Shown here piece by piece: positions 22,559-37,020 of a DNA stretch of 64,000 nucleotides. The notes below the pieces were generated by a model. It had not been told where the DNA came from. It saw only the letters and a program-made list of their open reading frames with translations, and searched no databases. The first letter of the stretch is position 1, and each line of letters opens with the position of its first letter. Position numbers and translations under genes: made by a program. The DNA lies in the NCBI RefSeq assembly GCF_006345805.1, contig NC_043018.1, positions 15,934,001 through 15,998,000 on the forward strand, read 5' to 3'. The DNA is from Octopus sinensis (Eukaryota).

Positions 22559-23885
22559 CGCATACACATATATATATATACATAATATATGTACACACAC
22601 ACACACATCGATAATATTTAATTGACTCCTTGAAATGACATAAAGAAAGTTAATCCAGGTGGAGTTTAAACTTGAAATACCCAAGAGATGATGGGAAAGG
22701 AAGAGCTGAACGAATGAAGAGAAATTCGTTGCAAAAGTTGGATGAGTTGGTTATGCCATAAGGTGAAGAGGAATGTCTTTGGGGACAGTCCTTTGTCCGA
22801 GAGAAAGAGAAGAAGAGGAAGGTGGAGAGAAAGGAAGAGATAGAAGATGAGGAGAGAGAGAGAGAGGCAAGCAAGTAAAGAGAGAAAGGAGAGTTGGAGA
22901 GAAGAAGAGGGAGTGAACAAGAGATGATGAGGAGGTGGGGGGGAGAAAGAGAGAGAGAGGGGGGAGAGATTTGCAGAGTTTAGGAATAGATATCCCCCAT
23001 CTCGTGGGAGTCGAAAAGATCACGGAATTAGGAATCCAAAAATGCTTTTTAAAAAAAATTGGAAATTTTGCGAAAGAAAAGTTTTTGTTTTGTTTTTTTT
23101 TTACTATCGTATGACACACATAGGCGCAGGAGTGGCTGTGTGGTAAGTAGCTTGCTTACCAACCACATGGTTCCGGGTTCACTCCCACTGCATGGCATCT
23201 TGGGCAAGTGTCTTCTACTATAGCCTCGGGCCGACCAGAGCCTTGTGAGTGGATTTGGTAGACGGAAACCGAAAGAAGCCCGTCGTAAATGTGTATATAT
23301 ATGTGTGTGTGTGTGTGTGTGTTTGTGTGTCTGCGTTTGTCCCCCTAGCATTGCTTGACAACCGATGCTGGTGTGTATACGTCCCCGTCACTTAGCGGTT
23401 CGGCAAAAAGAGACCGATAGAATAAGTACTGGGCTTACAAAAAGAATAAGTCCCGGGGTCGATTTGCTCGATTAAAAAGGTGGTGCTCCAGCATGGCCGC
23501 AGTCAAATGACTGAAACAAGTAAAAGAGTAAAAGAGTAAGAGTACAGGAATACTAAAAAGAAAATAAGTAAATAAATATGAAAAAACACAATTTAATTTC
23601 GTGTCCTTTTCTTTCCCCCATAAGGTAGGGGATAGCTATTCCAAAATTTCGTTTTTTTTTTATTTTTTTTTTTTTTTGTCTGTCAAAGAATCCCAAAATG
23701 TCCGATTCTTCACCGATTCTTCATCGATTCTTCATCGATTCTCACCGCATCCAACGCCCCGAACTTTTTATACATTATTTTTTAGGCCAACACTCATCAC
23801 CATTAGTTTACTAATTAATTATCAATTAATCATTTACTTAATTATTTATCAATTAGCTATTAATTAAGTGGATTTCGTTACTCAC

Positions 23886-23993
23886 TTCATTAATCTTGGT
23901 CGAATCTTTCTTGACCGAAGTCGAAATGGAAGATGCACTTAATCCCAGTCTGTTGCTTTTCTTATCTCGGCCAGAAGTCCTCTTCGAAGACAT
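23886..23993 (-). CDS. CABCOCO1: CABCOCO1-like exon 1: MSSKRTSGRDKKSNRLGLSASSISTSVKKDSTKINE
   Basis: ATG at 23993, GAA|gtgagt donor, phase 0 matching exon 2. The joined CDS is 963 nt = 320 aa + stop. Exon 1 itself has no recognisable homology. Confidence 0.72.
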
Positions 23994-24087
23994 ATCTCAA
24001 CAAATTGTCTCTTTCGCCAATGTTGTGTTCTTATATTCGTTGTTCTTGAAGTTACTGATGTTGTTGTTCTTGGTGTTGTTATTTTTT

Positions 24088-24204
24088 GTTGCTATGGTTT
24101 CATCACCGGGTTGTCCATTCACTGCAGACCTGTGTTTTGTCGGGGTGGGATTTAAATAAATACAAGAACGCTTGAGGGACTCAAGGGAGGTAACTCTAGA
24201 CAAC
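24088..24204. promoter_or_regulatory. Candidate RFX X-boxes upstream of the ciliary gene
   Basis: GTTGCTATGGTTTC (24088-24101) and GTAACTCTAGACAAC (24190-24204) are imperfect X-box matches ~100-200 bp upstream of the ATG. Confidence 0.45.
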
Positions 24205-27200
24205 AAGGTTGGCTAAGGGAGGTGACTCTGGAAGATTATTGATTTTTTTTGTACAAGAGAATAAAAAAATAGTATAAAACACACCAAATGGGAAGAAATT
24301 CGAGGAAGAAATATGGTGGAGGATCTCCGTCGTTCAACGATGAAGATTCATTTGCACAATCAAGTGAAATTCCTGCTCTTGAATTAATGTGTGAGTTTTC
24401 CACAGATACGTAGGCGCAGGAGTGGCTGTGTGGTAAGTAGCTTGTTTACCAACCACATGGTTCCGGGTTCAGTCCCACTGCGTGGCACCTTGGGCAAGTA
24501 TCTTCTGCTATAGCCTCGGGCCGACCAAAGCCTTGTGAGTGGATTTGGTAGACGGAAACTGAAAGAAGCCCGTCGTATATATGTATATATATATGCATGT
24601 GTGTGTTTGTCCCCCTAGCATTGCTTGACAACCGATGCTGGTGTGTTTATGTCCCCGTTACTTAGCAGTTCGGCAAAAGAGACCGATAGAATAAGTACTG
24701 GGCTTACAAAAGAATAAGTCCTAGGGTCGAGTTGCTCGATTAAAAAGGCGGTGCTCCAGCATGGCCGCAGTCAAATGACTGAAACAAGTAAAAGAGTAAA
24801 AGAGTACATGCGTACTTTTTATATATTCATATTTTCACTACATATTGAATTACAAATATAATCCACCGGACGGATTTCTGTTCTATGTCCACTGAACCAA
24901 TATCAGTTAGAAGGTTTGTGTCAGCCCAGGTTATAGCAAATTACATTTACCCAAGGTACCATACAGTGGGATCGAACTCGCAACATTGTGATTGCAAAGA
25001 GAACTTCTTAACCATTCGAGTATACTGCGCTTACATCAAGACACTATGAAAAACGACAGAGAAAATTAGAAAATAAAAGTAATACTATGCATTTTAGGAG
25101 GATATGATGTGCTTTCAGAGATGTTTGGCAGCTATTTCATTAATACCATCATCATCAGCCTCTAAACAACAAATTTTCAAATTTCCGAAACAGAGAGAAG
25201 CAGAGGGAAGGAAAGAGAAAGAAAGAGAGAACTTTTCTTTTTAATCTGTCTCTGTAATATTACTCTTTTTTTTTTTACTCTTTTACTTGCTTCAGTCATT
25301 TGACTGCGGCCATGCTGGAGCACCGCCTTTAATCGAGCAACTCGACCCCGGGACTTATTCTTTTGTAAGCCCAGTACTTATTCTATCTGTTCTTTTGCCG
25401 AACCGCTAAGTAACGGGGACGTAAACACACCACCATCAGTTGTCAAGCAATGCTAGGGGGACAAACACAGACACACAAACACAACATATATATATATATA
25501 TATATATATGCGACAGGCTTCTTTCAGTTTCCGTCTACCAAATCCACTCACAAGGCATTGGTCGGCCCGGGGCTATAGCAGAAGACACTTGCCCAAGGTG
25601 CCACGCAGTGGGACTGAACCCGGAACCATGTCGTTGGTTAGCAAGCTACTTACCACACAGCCACTCCGATTATAAATTTTGGCACAAGGCCAGCAATTCC
25701 GGGAGACTGGGTAAGTTGACCCCACTGCTCGACTGATGCTTGTTTTATCGACCCCGTAAGGATCGCCAACAAAGTTGACCTCAGCGATATTTGAACTCAG
25801 AATGTAAAGACAAACGAAATGCCACGTCTCTGTAATATCAGTATGTCTATATTTTACTCTCTCTCTCTCTCTTTCTCTCAAGAAAGATTAAAAGTTTATA
25901 GGTTTTATTCAAAAACATGTTATATTAGCAAGAAGTAGAATCGGAATTGCTGTGAGGTGAAGAAGTCCTGAATATCTACCATGACCACAGAAAGGAGGTA
26001 GGATTAAAAATGACTGAATCGACACCCTCTGTAAACTGATTTGGCTGCTATTTCAAGCAGGTCGAGTTACCACATAGAATGCCCCGTGGTAAATGTCAGT
26101 AGGCGTCAAACAAATGAGTAAAAAGAAGCATTGTAAAAAAAGAAGCAGAATTGTCAGATGTCAAAAGAGAAGCAAATTAGTTCGTTGGGATACGAAATGT
26201 AAGGATTAGTACGGCTTCTGTAAACCAGATCCGCTGGAGGCCTGCCCCTCTATGTTAGCAACCCATATTCTTGCCTTAAAGAAATTAGGTGACAACAGTG
26301 TTGTTGCTCCCAACATCGCAACTCTTCCAACCATGTCTGGCATCCAAATTCTCAACCAAAACTATCCACCTGAATTCCATCAATTCTCATCTCTTGGATT
26401 GGTAGATTCCTATCAGATCCCATTATCACAGTTCTTTCTGTTTCCGTTCTCTACAAAATCTGGTGTACCCCAAGGTTTATATGTCACCCCATATTTGTAA
26501 AAGACACTTGTCAAGGTACCACATAGTGGGATTGAACCCGAAACCTCGTGGTTGGGAAGTATACTTCTAAAGCATACAGTCATGCCAGCACTTAGAAGTC
26601 ATCGTCATCATTTAATGTCTGTTGTCTTTGCTGACATGGGTTAGACAGTTTAACCAAGGGCTGGTAAAGTAAGGGGCTGCACCAGACTCTAGTCTGATTT
26701 GGTTGGATGCCCTTCCTAACGCCAATATTCAATATGTTGTGCAGAAACTATGAATCAATGTGTATCATTGTACAAAACGATACACAAATGGTATTTCAAA
26801 AACATCAAAGGCAAACAAACGTACACCTAAAACATTTTTGTTTTATTTGAACGGATTTCTGCACCAAAATCTACACCTGTTTACTCCGACACTGCCAAAC
26901 TAACAAAATATGAAAGTGGGGTCAAATCATAAGCATGATAATCCCCAACAAAAACACATGTCTCACCTTCATCGTGTATACTCATCTCTATAAACAAACA
27001 GTTACGACTTCCGATATGTCTGCACTTGATGCTTGGAATTGGCTAAAATTACATAAATTTAAATGCTTGTAACCTCTTCGTTTATTAATTTCTAGAAAAA
27101 GTAATGCGATTCTTTTCATTCGTATTCAAAACTGCATCAAAATCATATTTTTATATAATATGGTGAAACACTTCAAGCGGTTGGAAGAAATTTATCAAAA

Positions 27201-27460
27201 TCCAATTGTCCTGTCCATTTAACCATTTTCAAGACATTGTAGAATAGTAATTGAGGGAGATTTAGCTACAGTTTCTTAGAGATCGAGAAACTACATAGAG
27301 GCATTTTCTTTCTTGGTCCAAAACTGCAAATCCAATGGACTACAGTTGTTAAGGGGGTCAGGACAGGAAGATAGTTCAACTACCGGTATGCCATAATAAT
27401 TTAAAACTATACAAAAACAACGTTGAGAAAAGCGTAAACACTTTAAAGGATTCTCTATGA

Positions 27461-27679
27461 CAGTGGTTTTCAACCAGGGTTCCACGGAACCTTAGGGTTC
27501 CGTCAGTACAGTCCAGGGGTTCTGCAAGAAGTTACAAAACTGCTAAAATCGGCAGTAATTTTTAATTTTCCTATGCAGATATGTGTGCATAAGACTATTA
27601 AATTATTGCACAGGGGTTCCCCGAGCCAGTGGAATGTTTCCTTGGGGTTCCGCTCCAGCAAAAAGTTTGAAAAGCACTG
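27461..27679. mobile_element. hAT-type MITE
   Basis: TIRs CAGTGGTTTTCAAC / TTTGAAAAGCACTG and a perfect 8-bp TSD CTCTATGA. Confidence 0.9.
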
Positions 27680-27851
27680 CTCTATGATGTTGTTCTACAA
27701 GGAGAGAAACTGTAACAAAAACCACATTTTTTTGCCTTGTCAGTAATTTAAGTTTAGAATTATATCCCTTATTTATCACTTTAAGAAAGAGTCACGTCCC
27801 TTACATTCAGTTCGTATGGATTTTGTTGATGTGTTGGTAGAGTGGTTAGAA

Positions 27852-28116
27852 AGGCGGCGAGCTGGCAGAATCGTTAGCACGCCGGGCGAAATGCGTAGCC
27901 ATATTTCATCTGCCGTTACGTTCTGAGTTCAAATTCCGCCGAGGAAAATTGTGGTGAAAGAGTACAGCAGGGATCACCATTACCCTCTGCCGGAGCCACG
28001 TGGAGCTTTAGGCGTTTCTGCATCAATAAACACTCACAACGCCTGGTCTGGGAATCAAAACCGCGATCCTACGACTGCGAGTCCGCTGCCCTAACCACTG
28101 GGCCATTGAGCCTCCA
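27852..28116. mobile_element. Family B head (+) abutting a family D 5' half (-)
   Basis: GGCGGCGAGCTGGCAG...CCGCCGAGG runs straight into the reverse complement of the family D 5' part. Confidence 0.75.
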
Positions 28117-28427
28117 CGAATATGTATGTATGCTTACACAAATAACTTTCTCAGCATCTTTCTTCCAGTTTCACTTACAAGGTATCTGCTGACTTGCAGA
28201 AATGTGCAGAACACTAGCTGAAAGTCCATCCATGCACGAGGATTGCACCCCTAACCACAGGGTCCCAAAGTTCCAAAAAAACTTCTTAACCACACAGCTA
28301 TGCATCATAAAGAATTAAAGCAAACCAAGTTTATTTAGATTTTTCAGTTTATTAAGAAAATTCACAAAAAATCTTAATGTCAAACATCAAAATAAAACAA
28401 AATAAAATTATCAACAATCGTACACAC

Positions 28428-28788
28428 AATAACTCTGAGCACCTTTTCAAACTCCACCCGTCTAACACCCATGGACATATTTACAAAGTCAGAAAACAGC
28501 ACAGCTCCCATGACTTCAGGAAACATTTTTTCACACTGAGAGTTGCTGAAGCATGGAACAAACTGCCGGCATCAGTTGTTAGTTGTCGGAGCGCTGCATC
28601 CTTCAAAACTTCCATGCTTCCTGAGATTCGCCAACACTACACCTGATTTTCTCCCCTCCATACACACACAAGCATGTATCTGACTCCTGCATCGTTCGCT
28701 TTCCAGACATTTGTACATTACTGCATATACTCTGACAAGTTGTGGTGCACCTGAGCACTGTATACAATAATTTCATTATTATTATTAT
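28428..28788 (+). mobile_element. CR1/L2-group LINE 3' end
   Basis: ORF2 C-terminus THGHIYKVRKQ...RKHFFTLRVAEAWNKLP, 3'UTR and (ATT)n tail. Near-identical copy at 45761-46115. Confidence 0.85.
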
Positions 28789-29849
28789 ATAAAATCTGGG
28801 CTTCACAGAGGAGATAACAAGAGATGAGAGAATAAGACCAGTGGTCCCCAACATTGGGGATGTTAGGCTTTAGGGGCCAGTGAGATAACATAATTAACAT
28901 ACTAAATTTCACCTGTAGTAGAAATTATATTATACATGACAAAACTAGTAATGGTTATTAAAATAAAATGAGAGGTAAGTAATGTGCTGCTATCTCTAGC
29001 AGGTCAAGCAACCGTATAGATCTAAATAGTTGCTCGACCTGATACAGAAAATTTAGTGACGTCTCATCAGACACAAGGAAGTCACTAACTTGCAAATGTA
29101 TGAAGTAAATTTACAACTTTTGTATTCATTAATTTTTTTTATCATTCCACTGTTAAAAACTTATACAATTTTTTTAAGCAAAATTTATAAATTATAATCC
29201 ATTTTCAGGTACTTTAATCAGGAGTGGCTGTGTGGTAAGTAGCTTGCTAACCAACCACATGGTTCCGGGTTCAGTCCCACTGCGTGGCATCTTGGGCAAG
29301 TGTCTTCTGCTTTAGCCCCGGGCCGACCAATGCCTTGTGAGTGGATTTGGTAGACGGAAACTGAAAGAAGCCTGTTGTATATATGTATATATATATGTGT
29401 TTGTGTGTCTGAGTTTGTCCCTCTAGCATTGCTTGACAACCGGTGCTGGTGTGTTTACGTCCCCGTCACTTAGCGATTCGGCACAAGAGACCGATACAAT
29501 AAGTACTGGGCTTACAAAGAATAAGTCCCGGGGTCGATTTGCTCGACCAAAGGCGGTGCTCCAGCATGGCTGCAGTCAAATGACTGAAACAAGTAAAAGA
29601 GCAAAAGAGTGTGTGTCTAATTCCCACTTAGGTGAGTGCTAAATGCAACAACTACTTAAAAGGGGTGCTACAAAAAAAAAGGAGGTCTTAAGAACCACAT
29701 GGTGAGATTTTGTATAACAGAGGGGAAGAACCATCGAAATTCAACAGAGTGAGGTTATAAAAGAAATGATAGAATTATTAAATAAATCTTCCAAGCAAGA
29801 GAATTAGTTCCTTCATGGGATATTTACAAAGTATCTTTCAAACCGGAAT

Positions 29850-30045
29850 ATACGGGGTGTCCATAAATTCATTTGACAATTTGAGAAATTCATAAAAAGA
29901 TATTTTTTTCTACTGCAGTTGTACCACTTGCAGCCAAGTTATTTTCTATGAAGATGGTGCACTGCCCATTAGGGGTTGAGTGTTTGGGAGTTTCTTGATG
30001 AAACTTGCCCAAACCAGTGGATTAGAAAATGCAGTCCCGTTTAGG
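29850..30045 (+). mobile_element. Tc1/mariner transposase remnant
   Basis: TATACGGGGTGTCC terminus. Decayed YEDGALPH...EFLDETCPNQWI resembles the QQDGAPPH...WIGR motif. Confidence 0.55.
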
Positions 30046-30684
30046 TATTTTATGGACATTCTGTACATAAAATCTCATAGATTCATCATCTGACACATCT
30101 TTTAGATTTTATGAGATCACCTCTCCTCTCAAAGAACCTTTGTCTTGCAAATTACTTGGTGACCCTGCCAGTGTTGGTGCCACGCAAAAAGCATCAAGTC
30201 CACACTGTAAAGATCCATATTCTGCATCCATCCTTGCCAAAACTGACCTCGCCTATGCTTGTGCCACATAAAAAGCAGTCAGTCCACTCTGCTGGGTGGT
30301 CGGTGTTAAGAAGGGCATCCATCTGTAGGAACCCTGCCAAAACAGTCACAGAAGTCTGGTGCAGTCTTCTGCCTGGCCAGCTCCTGTCAAACCATCCAAC
30401 TCATGCCAGCATGGAAAGCAGACATTAAATGATGACGATAGTGCACTGCCCATTGAGGGTTGAGTCTTGAAGGAACTTGCCCAAACCAGTGGATTAGAAG
30501 AGGCAGTCCAGTTTAGATAATTTATGGACATCCTGTCTATGGTTATTCGCTTGTATAAAAACTATTCTGAGAGTATTTTGTGTGAATGATTTAGCAGACT
30601 CTGCAATGATGAAGCTTTAAATCCCCCAAGAACAGGTTTTTGTCTTGAAAGAATGATTAACCAATTAGTACAATGATATGGTTC

Positions 30685-31464
<780 letters not shown>

Positions 31465-32077
31465 TCAAAGATGTTGCAAAGATCGCAAGATGATTTTAGT
31501 AGAATACAATCATTTCTGAAATAACTACACCAAGATAGTTTACAATGATGGAATCTGTCTTATCTTTTGGTAAGAAACCAACAAGTGAAATGGAGCTAAA
31601 AATAAATATATTTTTCAAAATATAATCCAGGTTTTTTTTTAATTTTGGCAGGGAAAACAATCATATCTTAATGATAAATTTGTCCAAATGCAAACTTCAT
31701 GGTGGACACATTCCGGACGGTAAAATAGAGAAAAATTTGCCGTTAATCTCACAGATTAATAAAGTGATACGTGTTCTTCATAATCTCTTTTGATGATCTT
31801 TAAAAGATGATGATGATGATGCATCTGAAATAAAAAATAAAAACAAATCTTTTAAGCCAATGTCAAATATTCTGAAATAATTCTAGGCACAAGGCCTGAA
31901 ATTTGAGAGGGGGTTAGTCAAATTCCACAACTCTGGGGCTCAGTTAGTCCTTATTTTATCAAGACTGAAAGGCAAAGTCAATTCTGGTGGCATCTGATCT
32001 CAGAATGTAAAGTTGGAAGGAGTGCCACTAAACATTTTGTCTGGCAAGCCAACTATTTTACCAGCTTACTACCATAA

Positions 32078-32298
32078 CCCTTTCGATACCAACCCGGCTG
32101 AAACCGGCTCTGGGCTCTGAGTACAAATGTCTCGTTTTCATAAGTTCTGAATTAAAATCTTCCACCAAACCTTAGTTACAATTTATGTTCCTAACACTAG
32201 CTTAATGATAACTAAGTTATTTTACTAAATTCTTTCTTATATTTAAAGTTATTGAAAGAAACACAGAGCATCTCGAAATAAATACAGTAACAAAAGGG
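32078..32298. mobile_element. piggyBac-type MITE
   Basis: CCCTTT...AAAGGG ends with (A/T)TAA flanks. Second copy at 42985-43205 has TTAA on both sides. Decayed copies at ~62170-62620. Confidence 0.8.
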
Positions 32299-32664
32299 TT
32301 AATATTATTTCAGCTTAAGGCAGAACCATTAGCATGCCAAGCAGAATGCTTAGCAGCAGTTCATCTGTCTTCACATTCTGGGTTCAAATCCTGCTGAGGT
32401 TGACTTTGCCTTCCATCCTCAGGGTTAATAAAATAAGTACCAGTTAAACACTGGTGTCAATGTAATTGACTTACCCTGTCCCTCAAAATTGCTGGCCTTG
32501 TGCCAAAATTTGAAACCAATATCATTTCACTTTAATATTATGAAATAATAGAAAAAACACAATACAACATAACAAATTTACTTCAAACGCAGAGATTCAA
32601 CAGTGGAAATTGTATGTTTTCATAGTGTAAAATGTAGATAAATTCTTTATCTGATCAACTATCT

Positions 32665-32787
32665 TATCTCCTCAAAGACATACAGCATCTCGAAAGAGTC
32701 CAGAAGCTGGCTACCCGCATGGTTCATGGTCTCAAAAATTTGTCCTATGAAGAAAGGCTGAGGACGCTCAACCTTTATTCTCTTGAA
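32665..32787 (+). mobile_element. CR1-group LINE ORF2 fragment
   Basis: KDIQHLERVQKLATRMVHGLKNLSYEERLRTLNLYSLE. Confidence 0.8.
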
Positions 32788-33963
32788 AAAAAATTTGCTA
32801 CAATCTCACTTGGCTTGACAGGTTTCCTTAAGCACAGTATATTGCCAAAGGCCTCAGTAACTTGTCACTGCTTTAGTGAGGCCCAAAGTTCAAGAGGAAG
32901 GTGCTTTTCATGTGCAACTAGCATGGGTGCCGGTTACATGACACTAGGTCATCGCAAGCACGGTGTATCACCAAAGGTCGACTTTGCCTTCATCATCATC
33001 ATCATCATCGTTTTGCGTCCGCTTTCCATGCTAGCATAGGTTGGACGGTTCAACTAGGGTCTGGGAAGCCAGAAGGCTGCACCAGGCCCCAGTCTGATCT
33101 GGCAATGTTTCAATGGCTGGATGCCCTTCCTAACGCCAACCACTCTGTGAGTGTTGTGGGTGCTTTTTACATGCCACCGGCACAGGTGCCAGATGAGTCT
33201 GGCAAACGGCCACAATCGGATGGTGCTTTTTATGTGCCACCGGCACGGGGGCCAGGCGAGGCTGGCAACGGCCACGAACGGATGGTGCTTTTTACGTGCC
33301 ACTGGCACTGGTATCTCAGCTGCAATTTCCATTGATCGATTTCGATTCTCAATGGAAATTGCAGCTGAGATACCAGGGTCGATAAATTAAGTACCAGTTA
33401 CACACTGGGGTCGATGTAATCGACTTAATACCTATGTCTGTCTTTGTTTGTCGCCTCTATGTTTAGCCCCTTGTGGGTAATAAAGAAATAGGTATATCAC
33501 CAAAGGCCTTGGTCATTTGTCATTGCCTCCATGAGGCCCAACATTCGAAGATCATGCTTCACCACCGTGTCCCTTGTCTTCCTGGGTCCTCCTTTTCCAC
33601 AGGTTCCCTCCACCATTAGAGATCAGCACGTCCCAACACAATGCGACAACCAGTGTTGGTTTGTTTACGTCCCAAGAATCTAGCAGCTCTATGAAACAGA
33701 CTAACAGAATAAGAACCAAATAAGCACCTAAAATATATACAGAGGGTAAACAAACCCCTTCGAGGTTGTGCCCCTGCACAGCCACAATCCAACGACCAAA
33801 ACAGTCAAAAGACAAAAAATCAGGTTCCACTTATATGTTTCGAGCCTTTAAGATATCCAAGTCATTTTTATACATACTCCATTATTGGTGGTTTCGTTTT
33901 AAATGCCACATATAAATTAATAAATGGAAAAGATCCGAAAAACAATGTAAGTAATGTTCTTGT

Positions 33964-34523
33964 GGCAATCTTTCGTCTCTAGTAGACCTTTCCGTCGATT
34001 TCCGTAAAAAAATTTTTTTTATTTACATATGGGCTTGCGGGAACTTTTGAAGTAATGAGAGCGAAAGAGACTAAGAGAAAGCGATTGTATGACGAGGGAA
34101 GTTCTTTTGAAGTTACCGTGCATGGGAAGCATTGATGTACATGTGTGTGTGTGTGTTTGATGGGGTGTGGGAGACAGACAGTATGTTGTGTAAGTGAAGT
34201 GCTTCTGTTAGTGTGTGTGAAGAGACAGAGAGAGTAATGTGTGAAAGAAAGAGATAAGTGAAATTTTTTACTCTGTGTATATGTATGTATGCATGTATGT
34301 GTGTGTGTATGTATCTATGTATGTGTGTGTGTATGTATGTGTATGTATCAATGTATGTGTGTGTGTATGTATGTATGTATGGCCGATTCAGTGTAATTTT
34401 TTACTCGGTGTATGTGTATATGTATGTATATTACTTCAAAAGTTCCCGCAAGCCCATATGTAAAAAAAAAAAAGATTTTTTACGGAAATCGACGGAAAGG
34501 TCTACTAGAGACGAAAGATCGCC
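33964..34523. mobile_element. Mutator-like non-autonomous element
   Basis: ~90-bp TIRs (GGCAATCTTTCGTCTCTAGTAGACC...) and a 10-bp TSD ATGTTCTTGT at 33954-33963 and 34524-34533. Confidence 0.85.
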
Positions 34524-34933
34524 ATGTTCTTGTTTATAACCCGTGCACTCACAAAAAAAAAAAAGAAGGAGAGAAAAATTTACGCTTTTCCTTTTTCTTG
34601 AGTTTTGGGACTTCGAAGGGGAGCAATTCCAAAACTCGGCCATGATTCCATTACGAATTGGAATCGGAAATCCAAAATGATTTTAAAAATTAATTTTAAT
34701 TTTTTTGCACGACTTAACGAAATAAATATTCGAAAATTTGTAAAAATAGAAATTTCTCAAATTAAAAACACAGCAAAAACTAAACGAGTGAAGAATAATG
34801 GTCAGGTCTGCGAGAAATAGCAGTAAAATCACACCAATTATGTCATTAAATGAAGGATATAGATTAAGATTAATGCTCTACTTGGAGTAAAATATCGAAA
34901 TAAAAGAATTTAATATATTCATAATATACTTAC

Positions 34934-35091
34934 ATATCAATCTGGTTGGAATTTGGAATCGGTCAAAATCTTCAGAACAAGATAACAGAATGCACGAAGA
35001 CAACAAACGAAGCTTCTGGTACTACTTTGTTCGGTGGCAGTCTGCGGAATGATATTACTACTATGGCTGTGCTGAGACCGGCGGAAGAATT
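34934..35091 (-). promoter_or_regulatory. Candidate promoter and non-coding exon 1 of the minus-strand ZNF gene
   Basis: AATTCTTCCGCC motif at 35080-35091(-), locally CpG-richer sequence, GATAT|gtaagt donor at 34933. Confidence 0.5.
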
Positions 35092-35245
35092 ATTTTTAAG
35101 TATGTGCTTCGGCCAGTTTGGTTTCCTTAGAAATATATCACAGTTTTCTACAACCCTGACCAACGGTCAAATCTTGGGTCGCAACCACACCACACCAGAG
35201 TGATTGCCTCCCAACACACGGTTTAGGGTTCAGTCCTACTATACC

Positions 35246-35655
35246 TATTTTTTTTTACTGCTCACAAGGGGCTAAACACAGAGGGGACAGACACACGGAT
35301 TGAGTCGATTATATCGACCCCAGTGCGTAACTGGTACTTATTTAATCGACCGCGAAAGGATGAAAGGCAAAGTCGACCTCGGCGGAATTTGAACTCAGAA
35401 CGTAGAGGCAGATGAAATACCTATTTCTTTATTACCCACAAGGGGCTAAACATAGAGGAGACAAACATGGACAGACATAGGTATTAAGTCGATTATATCG
35501 ACCCCAGTGCGCAACTGGTACTTAATTTATCGACCCCGAAAAGATGAAAGGCAAAGTCGACCTCGGCGGAATTTGAACTCACAACGTAGCGGCAGACGAA
35601 GTACCGCTAAGCATTTCACCCAACGTGCTAACGTTTCTGCCAGCTCGCCGCCTTA
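35246..35655 (-). mobile_element. SINE family B dimer inserted in an old family A copy
   Basis: Two units and one head. TSD CAGTCC(T/C)ACTATACC at 35231-35245 and 35656-35670. Confidence 0.85.
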
Positions 35656-35954
35656 CAGTCCCACTATACCTTGAACAAGTGTCTTCTTACTATAAGCACT
35701 GCATTCAACAAAGCTTTGTGAGTGGACTTAATAAATGGAAACTGAAAGAAGCCCGTCGCCTGTGTGTTTGTCCCCCACCACCGAGTGACAACCGGTGTTG
35801 GTCTGTTTACGTCCGGTCAAAAACAGAGACCGATAGAACGGGCACCTGGCTTGAAATAAGAAGGAGTAGAGTTATTTCTTTCGACTAAAACCCTTGATGG
35901 CAATGTCCCGGCCTAGCTGCAGCCCAATTCCTGGAACAAGTGGAAGAATAAAGG

Positions 35955-36318
35955 ATTCTTCCGCCAGTCGCAACACAACTGCAAAAGTAGAATTCTTCCG
36001 CCAGTTCCAAACCTTTGTAATACCGGAAGTTATATTGAAATTAATTATTCTCTCTATCTTTCATCTCTTTCACTTCTACGACGACGTCTGATGGCATTTT
36101 ATTTTCTTCTGTCTTTTATAGCAATGCCATTTATATTCGGAGAAGAATTATGAGAATATGAATCTTCTCCAGGCACTTAATTTTATCGACCCCCGGAACA
36201 CTGAAAGGCAAAATTGACCTCAGGAGGATTTGAACTCAGAACGTAGATGACCGTAACGAGAAACCACCAGAGTTTTTCTCCGAACTTGTCCACTTTGTAT
36301 TCTAATTACGCTTAATTT
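35955..36318 (+). promoter_or_regulatory. Candidate promoter and non-coding exon 1 of ZNF 40533
   Basis: ATTCTTCCGCC twice, ETS-type CCGGAAGT at 36023, donor gtaagtact at 36319, acceptor ttatttcag at 40199. Confidence 0.55.
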
Positions 36319-36700
36319 GTAAGTACTATTAAAAGCATATTGAATTGTTTTTTTTTTATCTGAAGCATACTTTATATCAAGGGTAGAGATTAATTTCATG
36401 TATGCTGTTTTATATAACAGATTTGATGTGATTTAGCTGCTATTTCGCGTCGCTCAAACTACGTTGCCCCAGGTTGACTTTCGTAATTTTGTGGTTTACT
36501 CTTTTACTTGTTTCAGTCATTTGATTGCGGCCATGCTGGGGCACCGCCTTTAGTCGAGCAAATCGACCCCGGGACTTATTCTTTGTAAGCCCAGTACTTA
36601 TTCTATCGGTGACTTTTGCCGAACCGCTAAGTAACGGGGACTTAAACACACCAGCATCGGTTGTCAAGCAATGCTAGGGGGACAAACACAGACACACAAA

Positions 36701-36738
<38 letters not shown>

Positions 36739-37020
36739 TACGACGGGCTTCTTTCAGTTTCCGTCTACCAAATCCACTCACAACGCTTTGGTCGGCCCGG
36801 AAGATTTTAATAAAAGTAGTCTGCAATTTTGAACTTATGTACCACCAACTATTTATTAAAGTAACACTTTCGCACCTCAGCTAAGTTTCGCTTCAGCTCG
36901 ACTCCCACAACAGCAACACGTAAAATTATGAGCTTTGCAGTAAAATAATTTCGGTGTCAACAGCATTTTTGATGATGAGCGCAGCAAGAGCTGGGCGATC
37001 CTTCGGTATAAGTACACACG

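Noticed and set aside
22073-22625. Asp/Glu-rich, poly-His and poly-Met ORFs
   Set aside because: Triplet repeat grown from a retroposon tail within an intron.
22650-22790. Extra CABCOCO1 exon after a polypyrimidine tract
   Set aside because: The phase-0 reading reaches a stop without a good in-phase donor. Exons 1 and 2 already join in frame. An alternative exon cannot be excluded.
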